A DNA stretch of 64,000 nucleotides from Eledone cirrhosa (lineage: Eukaryota), in contig OZ024743.1 of NCBI GenBank assembly GCA_964016885.1, positions 47,368,001 through 47,432,000 of the forward strand, in the 5' to 3' direction. Made by a program: the position numbers and the translations under genes. The notes under the pieces are model-generated. The model was not told where the DNA came from and did no database searches. It was given only the letters and a program-made list of their open reading frames with translations. Shown here piece after piece: positions 1 to 14,925 of the stretch (its first letter is position 1; the number at the start of each line of letters is the position of its first letter).

Positions 1-1210
1 AGTGCTTGTCGGAATATCCATACCCTTTTATATATATATATATACTGATGAGGCCAGTTATGAATCATTGTTGTTCAGCAGAAATATAATCAAAAGCCTT
101 CTAGACGTGACCATCACAATTTTTTAATACTGTTTATCTAGAACCAGATTGCCTTCATTTTTTTAAAGACAGTAAGTTATGATTTAATGGATATGTCTGC
201 TGTTTCTCGCAAGTCGAAGAACCACGTTGACCCCCCCCCCCCACACACACACACACTGCTTTGCTGTGTTATTTGTGTTGGTAAAGGAGTTGTTTAATGT
301 TGTTGTTGTTTAGTCCTAGTTCAACTTCAATCGAGGAGACCTGTGACCTATGACATTCCAACTATGGCCATCACATAATTTTAGGGTAACAGTATTTAAA
401 GTATCCTCTCCGTTTGTAAGATGTTAGCTGTAGTTGGAGATAGATTTGGCTGCTATTTCCAACATACCGAGTGACCATGTAGGGTCTCTACCATTGTTTT
501 GCTCAAAGTCCACTCTTATCGAACGGACCTATAATCAAAGCTGTGACCACCCTTTTTTCTTGTTTTTGTTTTTCTTTATGCAGGAAACCCAGGATCACGT
601 TGATATTGTGGTCATGGTTCCTTATTTCAGACGGTAGAGTATACGTTGACAGATATTTAGCTGCTGTTTCTAGCCTGCCGAGCTACCAAGTAGAGGCTCC
701 CTCATTGGTGTCGCCAAGTGGTAATTAGTTAAGTTTATATGTAGTGACAGACATGAAGTCTCAGGTTCAATCCTATTGCGTAGAATCTTTGATAAGAGTC
801 TTTACCATAGCCTAGTTGACCCAACCCTTATGGGTGAAGGAAACTATATGGAAGCCCTTTGGGTGGACTGTATATGACATAGAAAGGTAACATATTGCCT
901 CACGCTGATTTTACTTGGGAATCATGAGAAGGTAGACATGTATGCAGAATAATCAACCACTAACACGTTCATTTATCAGTCGGACGACGTTCGGCTGACC
1001 AAATCACTGAATGCTCCCCGTCAACTCCGACGAAGAATCCATCATCATCGTCGTCGTAATAATCGTCATCATTAGTTAATCTTGTGTCAAAGACAGACAA
1101 TTTAGAGTCATGATTTCTATGACTGGTGAAGCCATTCCTGTTATTTTGTGGCCTGGTTCGTACATGGGATTTCCTCTGTAATCATTAAGTTGTTATTATT
1201 GTTGTTATTA

Positions 1211-1372
1211 AGGGCGGTGGATTGGCAGTATCGGTAGAGGGTTGGACACCATACTTTGCAGCATAGAGTTACGGCCCTTTATGATCTAAGTTCAAATCCT
1301 GCCGAGGTTAACTTTGCCTTTCATCCTTACGGGGTCGATAAAATAAAGTACCGGTAATGCACTGGGTCGATT
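1211..1372 (+). mobile_element. tRNA-derived SINE (family A)
   Basis: A-box-like TGGCAGTATCGG, B-box-like GTTCAAATCC, then body CTTTGCCTTTCATCCTTACGGGGTCGATAAAATAAAGTACC; more than 12 dispersed copies in the window. Confidence 0.85.
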
Positions 1373-2369
1373 TAGATTTCCACTGATCAAAAGATCTATG
1401 ATAAAAATCATTCCAGATGTGGCCATCCCTTCTTATATTTCAGACGTAGTGTATTTTCGACTACATAATCTGATGTACCCTTTCCTTTTGTAAGATGGTA
1501 GGATGAGATTTGTGAAAGGTCCGGTTCACTATTTCTAGTACTCTATCCAAACACATGCTGTGCATCCTTAACTTTAACCCCAGTAGTCCAGCGCCAAAAT
1601 TTACTTCCTACTAAAAAAACTCCTCGTCTTTAGTGAACTCTATGCACTTACTTATGACATTGTTATTACAGATTATGATAACATAATAACAATTCAATAT
1701 AAATAAAGAAACTGCTTAGTATGCAATGTTTCCTGCAGCTGATACACCATCAAATTATCAGGCATAATACCAGTCAACATAGAAGGCTATTGACACCACT
1801 ACCATATGGTGGTCGCATCTGTACAATTTTATACTAATGCAGAGCAATTTTATATTAAAGCAAACGAAGTTTGTCTAACTAGAGGTATTTATTGTTAATG
1901 GATATCACAAACATAATATTTACCTAGAATTTAGTTAGTGTGCAAGATCTGCATGTTTTGTGTATGGTTAATGTAATAATTTATGGCCGCTGTTTTCAAG
2001 AGTATAAACAGTTCCTGAAAGTCATTGCGAACAAATCGGGTAAAAATAAGTTTCTCTAACAGGATAGTTGGCCAAACAACGTATTTAAAAATGAAATATA
2101 AATAACAAAGTTGTATAGTTTATATAAAACATTGTGAAATATGGGGTTAGGATTGTTTGGGGAAAGTTGGTTCAATGTCAGTTAGAAACACTTGAGTAAA
2201 GTAAGACAAACAAATCACTTTTTCCTTATATTTCATGATATTTCAGAGTTAAAACCCAGTTTTCAAAAGAAAAGATTGGAATGTGATTGTAATGGCGACC
2301 TGAGCTCTTCTATGCAGATATTAAGTCGAAGACGTGCTAATATATACAGACTGGTATAGTCATAATAAT

Positions 2370-2474
2370 TGTTTCTACTTTTGACACAAGGCCAGCAATT
2401 ATTCCAGAGCATTACTGGTACTTTACTTTATCGACCCCGTAAGGATGAAAGTCAAAGCTAACCTCGGGGGGATT

Positions 2475-2475
<1 letters not shown>
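2370..2475 (-). mobile_element. SINE family A, partial (3' half)
   Basis: Reverse complement of the family A body (TTATCGACCCCGTAAGGATGAAAG) truncated at (TA)n. Confidence 0.75.
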
Positions 2476-2539
<64 letters not shown>

Positions 2540-2563
2540 GGTATACAAGGATGCAATTCACTT

Positions 2564-2760
2564 ATCTATATATCTAAAACAGAGAAAGTTTGTCTGTCTG
2601 TCTGTCAGCTCCCTAAAACTCGAGAACCACCCAACCGATTGTTTTCAAACTTTACATGTAATACTTATGGTCCTGTGAGTGTTTTGAGAAAAAGAAATTC
2701 AAATTTTCAATGCCCTAGGGACCGCATTAGGCGATTTAGCGATCTCTCTCTATAATTCTT
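2564..2760 (+). mobile_element. Putative non-autonomous Helitron 5' end
   Basis: TCTATATATCTAAAA start followed by (GTCT)n and AACCGATT...AAACTT motif typical of invertebrate non-autonomous Helitrons. Confidence 0.45.
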
Positions 2761-3048
2761 AGTCTTTCTTTTTAGATAGATACATAGATATAACGTTGCG
2801 CCGTTATAATATCTGTCTGTATGTCTGGCTGTCTGCATTACAACATTATGTGTGTGTGTGTGTGTATATATGTATATATAGTGTGTGTGTATATATATAT
2901 ATAGTGTGTAACGTTTTTCGAAATATTTACTTCTGCGTTCACAGATTGATTGTTTTTAGTTTCAGAAGATCCCGTTAAGGGTGAAAGCAACGATTCTTTG
3001 CTTAAACTTTAATCTGTTATTTTTATATATATATATATATATCTTATT

Positions 3049-3164
<116 letters not shown>

Positions 3165-3176
3165 TTAATATAGATG

Positions 3177-3227
3177 AGATTCTACAGGACTAGAACTGTT
3201 TCATTCATTAGAAATCATCAGGAATCT
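3177..3227 (-). ncRNA. Type I hammerhead ribozyme (PLE-type)
   Basis: Minus strand: AGATTC-CTGATGA-tTTCtaatGAAt-GAA-ACAG(ttctagtc)CTGT-A/GAATCT; stem I 6 bp, stem III 4 bp, GUA cleavage triplet, weak stem II. Confidence 0.7.
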
Positions 3228-3665
3228 GGGTGTCAAAAAATAAAAATGGTATTTATAGGTCTCTACAAGTGGTAGGAGAGGGTGGGGAGTGGGATGGGTG
3301 CAGGTCATTGGTTGATAGAAAAGGGAATTCATTAAAAGCTAATTCTACAAAGCTATAGTTTATTTTTATTTATTTATGTTTTTAGAGTAACAAGGGCAGA
3401 CAGAATTCTATAAACAGGTTCCGGATGGCATACCATTCCTTGTCATTAAGTTTCTCTTAAGCTAACAGATGTCTATAAAATCAGTGGGGGGTCAGTCATG
3501 GTCGATAGAATTAAAGAAAAGGGAGATTCTTTAAAAGCTAAACTTATTAAGGTTCTACTAAGTGACAAAGGTCTAGAGAATTCTGCAGACAGATTCAAAA
3601 TACTGAGTGCATATCTTACTATTATCTTCGAACTTCTCTTAAACTAATCAACTATATGCCAAAAA

Positions 3666-6260
<2,595 letters not shown>

Positions 6261-6410
6261 ATATACGCAGGCACATAAAGACACCTCTACAGGCAGAAAA
6301 TGTAGATACGAAAGAGGTACTCACATAACCATAGTGGCCATATTTCAGGTTGAGGAGGGGTGGGGGTAGGGTGGGGAGGAGGTATAGGGGCCAATAGGGG
6401 GAGGTCGTTT

Positions 6411-7089
6411 TTAGCCATCGGGCTTTAACACTGGCTTAAAGTGTTTGAAAGTTGCAAAGTTCTTGTGCATGCAGTTCGGGCAGTGTTCAGAGAGTTTGTT
6501 CAGTAGCGGGCCCTTGGCGAATAAAATTTCGTAGCTCTCTGAAATACAAAGGTCGCAGCCCTTGTGTCCTCCGTTGTAAGAGCGCGCTTCTGGAGTATTT
6601 TCCATTTAAGCGTGAAGGGGGTGGAGTTCCTTTTGAGGTCCCAAACGTAGGAGGCGAGTGTTGTCTGATTTGATTTATCCGGTCTTCTGAAGGAGTGGGT
6701 ATGGGCATACCAACGGGTCTTAAAGTTGTTGGAGGTCATGCCGATGTAAGTTTTTTTGCAATCCTCGGTGCCTGAGATGACATCGCATTTGTATACGATG
6801 TCATTTGTGAGGCATTTGTTTTCAAGTGGGCATGCTTCCTTATTTAGGCAATTACATAGAGCCCCAGTCCGGGGATTGGTTTCGGAGGTGGTTGGCTTAT
6901 TTAGTTTAGAATTGTGGTTGGCTATATTCCTAGCTAGGTTAAGTGTGGTGGAGTAAGACAGTCTTATAGTGTTCTTATTAAAGATGGTGTAGTACCTATG
7001 TTGTATGGGGAAGTGTAATTTCAGTAAAGTGAAGAAAATCCTAGCTATCGGAGTAGATACCTCTCTATTGAAGGGAGGGTTGTACCAGC

Positions 7090-7090
<1 letters not shown>
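6411..7090 (-). mobile_element. Penelope-like element 3' fragment: GIY-YIG endonuclease (frameshifted)
   Basis: WYNPPF...NKNTIRLSYS...CNC-x5-CPLENKC...IVY...YIGMT...FKTRW..H..SF...LASYVW, continuing in another frame with CDLCISE...LLNK.SE...C.H. Confidence 0.9.
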
Positions 7091-7120
<30 letters not shown>

Positions 7121-7126
7121 CTTATT

Positions 7127-7183
<57 letters not shown>

Positions 7184-7236
7184 TATATTATTCAAAATAT
7201 TAATAAATGGATACATTCACATACTCAAAATATATG

Positions 7237-7298
7237 TTTTATTATATATATTTCGGAGGTACTGTGTTGTTTTTTCAGTACGTCCTCATCAGATAAAA
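7237..7298 (-). ncRNA. Type I hammerhead ribozyme (PLE pLTR)
   Basis: Minus: TTTTAT-CTGATGA-GGAcGTACTG(loop)CAGTACcTCC-GAA-ATATATAT-A/ATAAAA; intact core, palindromic stem III. Confidence 0.85.
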
Positions 7299-7383
7299 TA
7301 CATAAATTGATGCATGACATACCTAACTGTGCTGATGGTTCTATTCCAGTCTTAAGAACTGATGATAATCCCTGATGTATAAC

Positions 7384-7481
7384 CATCAGGTAATTCAAAA
7401 TATAACGAAGGAATATAACAGATAAAAATCCATGGATTGTTATCTGTTATATTTCTTCGTTATATTTTGAATTACCTGATG
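7384..7481. repeat. 98-bp near-perfect palindrome centred on ATCCATGGAT
   Basis: CATCAGGTAATTCAAAATATAACGAAG... mirrored by ...CTTCGTTATATTTTGAATTACCTGATG, 2 mismatches, no spacer. Confidence 0.95.
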
Positions 7482-7530
7482 ATGTCACTGGATTCATATT
7501 GAACCCGGTCATTGAAATGATCATAGTATA
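7471..7530 (+). ncRNA. Probable hammerhead ribozyme (PLE-type, imperfect stems)
   Basis: TAC-CTGATGA-(imperfect stem II)-GAA-ATGATCAT-A/GTA; palindromic stem III. Confidence 0.55.
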
Positions 7531-8296
7531 ATAAACCTTTCAATGATTTACACCAGTACATGCCTCCTGTTATTTTGTAATAATTAACTCCGTACTCGCA
7601 CCACCAACTACACAAACGAAGACGGGTGAGTTGCATTACGTTGAGTGCTTTCCATAGTATTACATCGAGGTTCACCACACAGAATGACCAGTTCTATCCA
7701 GTGGTGAACCAACAAACCCAAATATATATATATAATAAGGGTTGACGGACCCAGCATATTTATCAATGCCAGTACCGGTTGTATCTCAGCGCACTCCATA
7801 GGCAATGTAAGATACATTCCCAGAGTATACACAAAGTTATTTGCTTCAACACAATACACATAAAACGGGTGCCTATAAGGCTCCCGGACTCGAGTTTCTG
7901 CGCACCAATGCAGCAGTAAGGTGCACTGCACCATCTGTCTGCATATATTATGCAACAATGCACAATCGGCTTATGCGGCTTCATCAGCGGGTATCGCCTA
8001 ATCAATAACCAATCGATCGACAGAATCCCAAGGCCAGTCTATGCCGGCCATGACTGTTTGTGACGACTGACACGGTAAAGCTATTAGCAACTGGCACCCG
8101 ATAGGAGTCTATCTCTCAACTAGCCACTGATTTACAAATTTTACGTGGGGACGGGAAGCTAAAAAGAATCATTCTTTTCGTTCCTGTCAGAAGTCTCAGC
8201 CAACGTGTCTCACACACACGTATATATGTAAAGATATATAAAAATGAAAATGCGAAGTTGAAGGTGTTTATTATTTGAGCCGTTATATAGTGAATA

Positions 8297-8345
8297 CTAG
8301 CAGAATGGCCCGGCGTTGTTCGGATTTGCTCTAGGGTTCTTATAT
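8297..8345 (-). mobile_element. Helitron 3' terminus
   Basis: Minus: ...CCGAACAACGCCGGGCCATTCTG-CTAG|T, subterminal GC-rich hairpin remnant plus CTAG end. Confidence 0.6.
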
Positions 8346-8416
8346 ATTTGATATATATTTATCCTTATCGAGCCTCGTGAAATAAATACGTATATATATA
8401 TATATACATATATATC

Positions 8417-8514
<98 letters not shown>

Positions 8515-8519
8515 TATAC

Positions 8520-8596
<77 letters not shown>

Positions 8597-8757
8597 CTAC
8601 AAGTGAGTGTGTGAGAGAGAGAGCATTAGAAAGAAGCAATGAGTGAGAGAGGTGAAATGGAGAAGGAGAATAGTAGAACCTAATGAGGACTGCTAAAACA
8701 GCAGCTGTTGTGAGACGGATTGTTCACTTTAGTATGAGGTCATTTTGGCCACCAATT

Positions 8758-8865
<108 letters not shown>

Positions 8866-9179
8866 GGTATGCATACGTGTTTCTAAGCGTTAAGAAGCCA
8901 CTTAGACCCTAAGATTCCAGCAGTAGCTAAAAACTTGTGTATAGACAGCTTCTTGATTTTGAAAGCATTAATGGTTGAGAAAAAAAAGGCGTAAAGAAGG
9001 CTATGGAGGTGGGGTGTATATTTTGACAGCTCACCGACTTCTCTCCCCATCACACCAATAATGATATCATTAAAGTTTCCGTAATAGCAGTTAGGTGTGT
9101 TGTGTGTCGGTCTTTCTGGCTGTGTGTCTGTCACCGTTTTAATGTGTAAATACTGCGTACACACGTCAATTTCTATATA

Positions 9180-9233
<54 letters not shown>

Positions 9234-9236
<3 letters not shown>

Positions 9237-11400
9237 GGACTGCCAACAACTTCCATACAACAGCGTTGTATGGGTTTCGAAAAGATCATAAGACGAAAAG
9301 TGACCCAGTCACAGGACCACCAACGCGTCTAGTCTGTGGAGCTAACAATGCTAGTAACTACAGACTTTCCTACTTCCTCTCCCTGATCGTACGCTCCATC
9401 ATTGAAATGTCCCCAGAAATATGTGTCAGCACGGAGGACCTCCTCAGCAGAATCAGCGAAAATAACCGATCTAGGGACCTAACAGACTGTATGGTAGTAT
9501 GGATGTTGTGTCCCTATACCCATCCATTGACGTGGATTTTGCTGTGGGGAAATGCGTAGACTTGATCAGTGAGAGCAATGTTGAATTCCGTGGGATTGAT
9601 ACCAGTGAGCTGGGACTGCTACTTAAACTTACTTATAGTAATGATTATCTAGATACGTATGACCTTAGCAACCTCTGCCTCACAAGGCCAGCAAGAGGCA
9701 GACCACCTACCATTACCTCAATGGCCAAGAAAACCCACACAGAAAGATGGAACGGGTGGACTAGAGCCATACGGACCCCTGAAAACCATGATGAACTAAA
9801 GAAAATGATTGCACATGCGGTGGGGGCCAGTATAAAACTAACCCTTAAGGAACATATGTTCAAATTTAATGGTAAAACATATGCCCAAGAGGAGGGAGTA
9901 GCCATTGGTGTTAACCATGCAGGTGACATAGCTAACCTATTCATGGTATGGTGGGACAATAAACTTAAAGAACAATTAGAAGACAGCAACCTCTTAACCC
10001 TGATAATTTACTCTCGCTACGTTGATGATATAAACATCGTAGTAAAAACACCCCCACTCCCCCACTAGAGAACAGTCAGGAATTATAGAAAAACACCATG
10101 GAAAGCATCCAGCAAATAGCTAACTCCATCCGCCAGAGTATTAGAGTTACTATAGACTACCAAAGCAAACACCCCCAACCATCGATTACCTGTACTAGAC
10201 TCAGAGCTCTGGTTAGAAACCATTAATAACAAAAAACAAATCCTCCATTCCCATTATGCCAAACCCATGACTTCCAAATATCTTATCCACCGAAACTCAG
10301 CTGTTTCGGATCACACCAAAATCAACATACTGATTGCGGATTTAGTACGGGTGATGAGAAACGTGTCCCGCATGTGCAACCCCAAAGAACTAGAGAGACA
10401 CATACAACACTTGATCCACCGTGTGCAGTTCTCTGGTTACAATCAGAGAGATAAAATCAGAGCATATAGAGGAGCCAGAACCAAATGGGAAAAAATGGTA
10501 AATAATGATACAAATGGCACCTGCCCCTTGTATAGGAGCAAATTTTGGAATAGAATAGAAAGAACTAGGAATAAGGTTAATAGAATAAACTCATGGTATG
10601 ATAGCAATAAATACCAAAGTGTAATGTTCATCAATACAACCCCTAGAGGTGAACTAGCTTACAAATTTAGAAGGGCCCTAGATAAACTTAAACTAAATAT
10701 TAAGATAGTAGAAACACCAGGTACCTCCATAAAAACACTTATTAGTATAATCTGTAAACTAAGCCCCCATATTAACTGCAAAACTAGAAACATAGTATAT
10801 AGCATAAGATGTACTGAAGGACAATGTAAAGATAAGAATATAGTGTACATAGGTGAGACAGCTCGTAGTATAGGAGAACGATTAAATGAACACTGGCGAG
10901 AGCTTCAAGATAGAAAAGAATCATCAGTACTCCACCAACATGTTAAAATAGAACATAAGGGTAAATTAGAGAACATAGAAATAAAAATAAAATCTACACA
11001 CAGAAAAGACGCAGGTTTAGACAAATCACAGAGGCAATAAACATAAATGAACTCCAACCAAAATTAAATAGAAACCATGAATGGAATAGCAACATCACAA
11101 CTTACAATTAACGACAAAATGAAAACACACACACATAGAACAAACAACCAACTAGTAACATGTAAATAAACAAATAAATAAACAAATAAAAACACACACA
11201 GACACCCGGATGTAACACATGCGCAAACTAAGCACACAACACACACAAAAACAAGATGGCGTAGGACAGAACAAAGGAGAGGCACAAAACAAAGAAAAGA
11301 ATCCCCAGTCACTGAAGAGGTCACAGAATGTGTGACGAAAGAACTTTGACAATATATGAACAACCGTCCGGTTGTGGAACCAACCAACCAACCGGAAATT
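9234..11400 (+). mobile_element. Penelope-like element, 5'-truncated, frameshifted RT plus C-terminal GIY-YIG
   Basis: PPTRLV..., DVVSLYPSID, FKFNGKTYAQEEGVAIG, YSRYVDD, KPMTSK, NIVYSIRC...YIGETARSIGERLNEH; begins in (TA)n; hammerhead in the 3' region. Confidence 0.92.
11308..11350 (+). ncRNA. Type I hammerhead ribozyme in PLE 3' region
   Basis: GTCA-CTGAAGA-g-GTCACA(gaatg)TGTGAC-GAA-AGaaCT-T/TGAC. Confidence 0.8.
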
Positions 11401-11561
11401 TATAGATTTTTTAAATTTATAATTTAATTTATAATAAATTGGAGTGAAAGCAACTGGTGCGTGTGTTTCTTATTGGCAACAAGACCCTCCCAAAGTATAA
11501 CAATATATATATAGATATATAGATATATATATATATATATATATATATACCAAGATATATA

Positions 11562-11620
<59 letters not shown>

Positions 11621-11739
11621 TTTCATTTTATTAAGAAAAATGAGTACTCAATACCAAATATTCGTTTTTTTTAAAGACTAAATAATGAGTCTTGTTACTC
11701 TGAAGTTTTGTCTTTTTATTAGTGTGGTCAGACAGAGGT

Positions 11740-11921
11740 GTTGAAGGAGAGGGCTGGACGGAAAGACTGGACAAAAGAAAGAAAGGAGTCGAGCTGTTCT
11801 CGAGAGAAGTGGCGCCGATACAATCGTTGATGTAATGACCGTATAGCTCAAGGGTTGGACTAGTGAACTGGGAGAAGATCAAGGCCTCAACACAGCCAAC
11901 TATAGCAAAAGTACCCAGCAT
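11740..11921 (-). mobile_element. Penelope-like RT fragment (decayed)
   Basis: MLGTFA..VGCVEALIFSQF...LYGHYINDCIGATS resembles PLE RT MGP.YA.LFVG..E...LY.RYIDD. Confidence 0.65.
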
Positions 11922-11942
11922 TGCCTGGGTTAAAGAAAATAA

Positions 11943-12128
11943 TTGTTTCTACTTTTGGCACAAGGCCAGCAATTACTCAGTACATTACTGGTACTTTATT
12001 TTATCGACCCTGTAAGGATGAAAGGCAAAGTTAACCTCGGCGGGTTTTGAACTCAGATCGTAAAGGGACGTAACTATGATATAAAGCATGGCGTCCAACC
12101 CTCTACCGATACTGCCAATTCACCGCCC
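11943..12128 (-). mobile_element. SINE family A, full length
   Basis: Reverse complement of the family A consensus; flanked by the direct repeat CCTGGGTTAAAGAAAATAAT / CCTGGGTTAAAGAAAATAAT (TSD). Confidence 0.88.
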
Positions 12129-12681
12129 TGGGTTAAAGAAAATAATGAAATTTCATTCAAAACTTGATATATTTACTGAATACTTATTGTGATTAATGTG
12201 TATGTGTGCGTGTATGTATATTTATATATAAATATAAAGCGTATATTTATATATGTGTCTGTGTGTATCTATGTATCTATAATATACACGCATATATATA
12301 TATGTATGTATATATGTATGTATGTATGCGTGTGTGTGTGTATCTATGTATGTATGTATGTATCTATGCATCTATGTATGCACGCATGTTTGTATATATA
12401 ATCTGTTACGCACTGCTAATAAACGAGATTGTCAAAATGATAACCCCTTTTATTTATAAAGAAAGAAAGTATATATTTTTTTAAAACTGAGCACCTGTTT
12501 CTGTAATGAACTTCTATATGTTTAATAAACCCTTTAAGTGGTTGATATTTAAAGGCAAGCCTCCAGTTGACTCATTCATCAGGCATCAATGGCCTACATG
12601 AAGTCATTGTCAACTAAAAATAGTATTTTACTGTTACCCGACTATATCGTTTTATTTTATTTGTTGAGAGCGTCAGTTTAA

Positions 12682-12902
12682 CCATTTAGCATTGAAACCG
12701 GCCATATCCGGCCAGAATTCTCTCAACTTTTTCTGTTAAAATCGGCCATAACTGGTTGCTCATACTGATGTTAAGGTATTGTTCTCAAAATAAATAATAT
12801 CAAAATCTCGTAGATTCGATGTTATGTGAGATAATTATGTAAAATAAAGCCTTTACCACAAAAATACAATAGTATATATAGAGTAGTGTAAATGATAAAG
12901 GG
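12682..12902. mobile_element. piggyBac-like MITE
   Basis: TTAA|CCATTTAGCATT ... AATGATAAAGGG|TTAA: TTAA TSD and short imperfect TIR. Confidence 0.75.
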
Positions 12903-12984
12903 TTAAATACCTCGGTATTTGTCCCGACTTCCTGCTCTCTGATTTCAAATCTCGTCTAAGTGTCAACCATTCTTTGCAAGTATC

Positions 12985-13311
12985 CATGGTCCCGTAACTC
13001 CCAAGGGAGTCGTAGTGGTACCGTACGTTGTTTCAGGGGCATTTTTAAAACTTAGCAGAGGCCAATCCTCTCCCGGTCTGAATACAGCAAATATCTTCCA
13101 GGTAAGGATAGAATGAGAGAATGGAAGTGAGAAATAGATATAGAGAAAGAATCGACACCAGTACTAGACTGCTATTTTGTTAATATCGACTTCGATGGGA
13201 TGAAAAGCAAAGTTGACCACGGACGGGTTTGAACTCAGAGAGCAGAAAACCAAAACATATACCACAATACATTCTATCCAACTTTCTAACGACTCTGCCA
13301 ATTCGTCGCCT
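12985..13311 (-). mobile_element. SINE family A (diverged) with adjacent hairpin-rich module
   Basis: Family A head/body at about 13155-13311 (minus); ACTCC-N4-GGAGT module at 12985-13088. Confidence 0.55.
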
Positions 13312-13496
13312 TCTCCCATTCTTTAGAAGTTTCGTAATGGGGTTTATTCTTCCTCTTTCTCTCGCACTCTCTGCCTGACCCGGAGAGGTATGGGTTTCGC
13401 CAGGTTAAAGATGTTCAAGACACGCCGTGTGCAAGACGACGTCTCTACTCCATCAGGAGTTAGGGGCCCTTTTTTTTTCGTTTACATCATCTAGAA

Positions 13497-13670
13497 TTGG
13501 CGAATTTCCAGAGGCGTTAGAGCGTCGAATTAAATGCCTCGGTATTTTCCCAACTCATTACATTCTTTAAAGTTTCAGGTTTTGCTCCGGCTCTCTCCGC
13601 TCTGTGTTCACATCCCGCCGAAATCAACGTTGCTTTTCATTTTAAGGGGTCGATAAATAAAGTACCAGTC
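13497..13670 (+). mobile_element. SINE family A (diverged)
   Basis: TTGGCG..., GTTCACATCCCGCCG, GGGGTCGATAAATAAAGTACCAG. Confidence 0.6.
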
Positions 13671-14401
13671 CAGCGAGAGTGGATTGGCAAAATTGTTAAA
13701 CTGCTTTGCTCTGTACGTTCTGGTTACTCGGTGTGCTAGAAATAGCAGCCCAATTTTTCTCAAACCTTAACTACCGTCTTATAAAGAAACAGGACACTTG
13801 CTCAGGAAACCACACAGTGGGATCGAACCCAGGACTGCAGTATTCCGAAACAAATTTATTAACCATTCAACTATGTCTACGCCTATACAACTAACTGAGC
13901 ATTAACAACAGTTTATCTTCGTGATGCCGAATCAAAACAAACACACAGCATAAAGGATAAGCTATCATAACAACACCGTGCATTTTCTTAGCTTTGCTTT
14001 TTAATACAGACATTTTGTTTTCATATCTGAATAGAAAGATAACTCTAAACTCAACATAAACTGTCATTGTTGATGGGGATTGCGTTAAGGAATATTTTCA
14101 TATGCTAAATTTATTATTTCTTGCCTACATTTTTTTCAACAGCCAGACTGGATTTCCCATTAGAAATGACCTTTTACAGAATACGAGAATGCAAGAATGT
14201 TGTTACAACTTCACAATCTGTCAAAGCAATGATACCGAACAGAATACGTCAAGAATTCATGTACTTTACGCAGTACTTTTTTCTTTCTTTTTTTTTTTTT
14301 AGAAAAGTGAATACTAACACAGCAAGAATTAGCATGAAGACAGCAGTCAAATAGCATTATAATCCTCATCTGGTCACGTATGCACGGATTTAAGAAAGAT
14401 A

Positions 14402-14483
14402 CTTACAGCATTCAGGCTTCTGAATCGTATTAAGTACTACGCTCGATGTTGCTTATCTTCGGTCATTTCAACGTGGTATGGAC
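14402..14483 (-). pseudogene. 5S rRNA pseudogene, internally deleted
   Basis: Minus: GTCCATACCACGTTGAA...CCGAAGATAAGCAACATCGAGC..TAGTACTT...GCTGTAAG. Confidence 0.6.
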
Positions 14484-14517
14484 AAATAATAAAAAGTCAA
14501 AAAATGAAATCAAAACT

Positions 14518-14634
14518 GTTTACAGCTCCTAGGTTTCCCAAGCGGTCAACTATCTAAACACTAAGACGGCTTGGTGTTGCTTAACTTCCGGTGATCAGAT
14601 AAGAAGCATGCTTTCCACGTGTATATATGGACCG
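14518..14634 (-). pseudogene. 5S rRNA pseudogene, near full length
   Basis: Minus: ...GATCACCGGAAGTTAAGCAAC...TTAGTG..TAGATAGTTGACCGCTTGGGAA.CCTAGGAGCTGTAAAC followed by a T run. Confidence 0.8.
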
Positions 14635-14925
14635 GTCACTCCTGATGGAGTCATAGAGGCGCTGTGGTGACATACAGCGTGTTTTAGGTATTTTAAACCT
14701 CCTGCCATAGTCCATCATCTCTCCAGGTCTGAACACAGCCGATTTCTTTCAGGGGAGGAGAGAGAGTGGTAAGTGAGAAAAAGATGTAAAGAAAGAATCT
14801 ACTGTTATTTCTTTTATCGACCTCGAAAGAATGTAAGACAAAATTAACCTCAGAAAGTGGAGAGCAGCAACGAATACCGCAAATCAATCTATCCGATGTT
14901 TTAACGACTTATCCAATTCGCCGCC
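14630..14925 (-). mobile_element. SINE family A (diverged) plus hairpin module
   Basis: TTTTATCGACCTCGAAAGAATG...AATTCGCCGCCC at about 14805-14925; ACTCCTGATGGAGT module at about 14638-14740. Confidence 0.5.

Noticed and set aside
40-95. CTGATGAGGCC...GAAA as a hammerhead
   Set aside because: No convincing stem II or stem I pairing
1211-1300. SINE heads as tRNA genes
   Set aside because: A/B boxes present but no cloverleaf, and always fused to the same body
7950-7998. Minus-strand CTGATGAAGCC motif as a hammerhead
   Set aside because: GAAA box absent (GATT) and stems do not close
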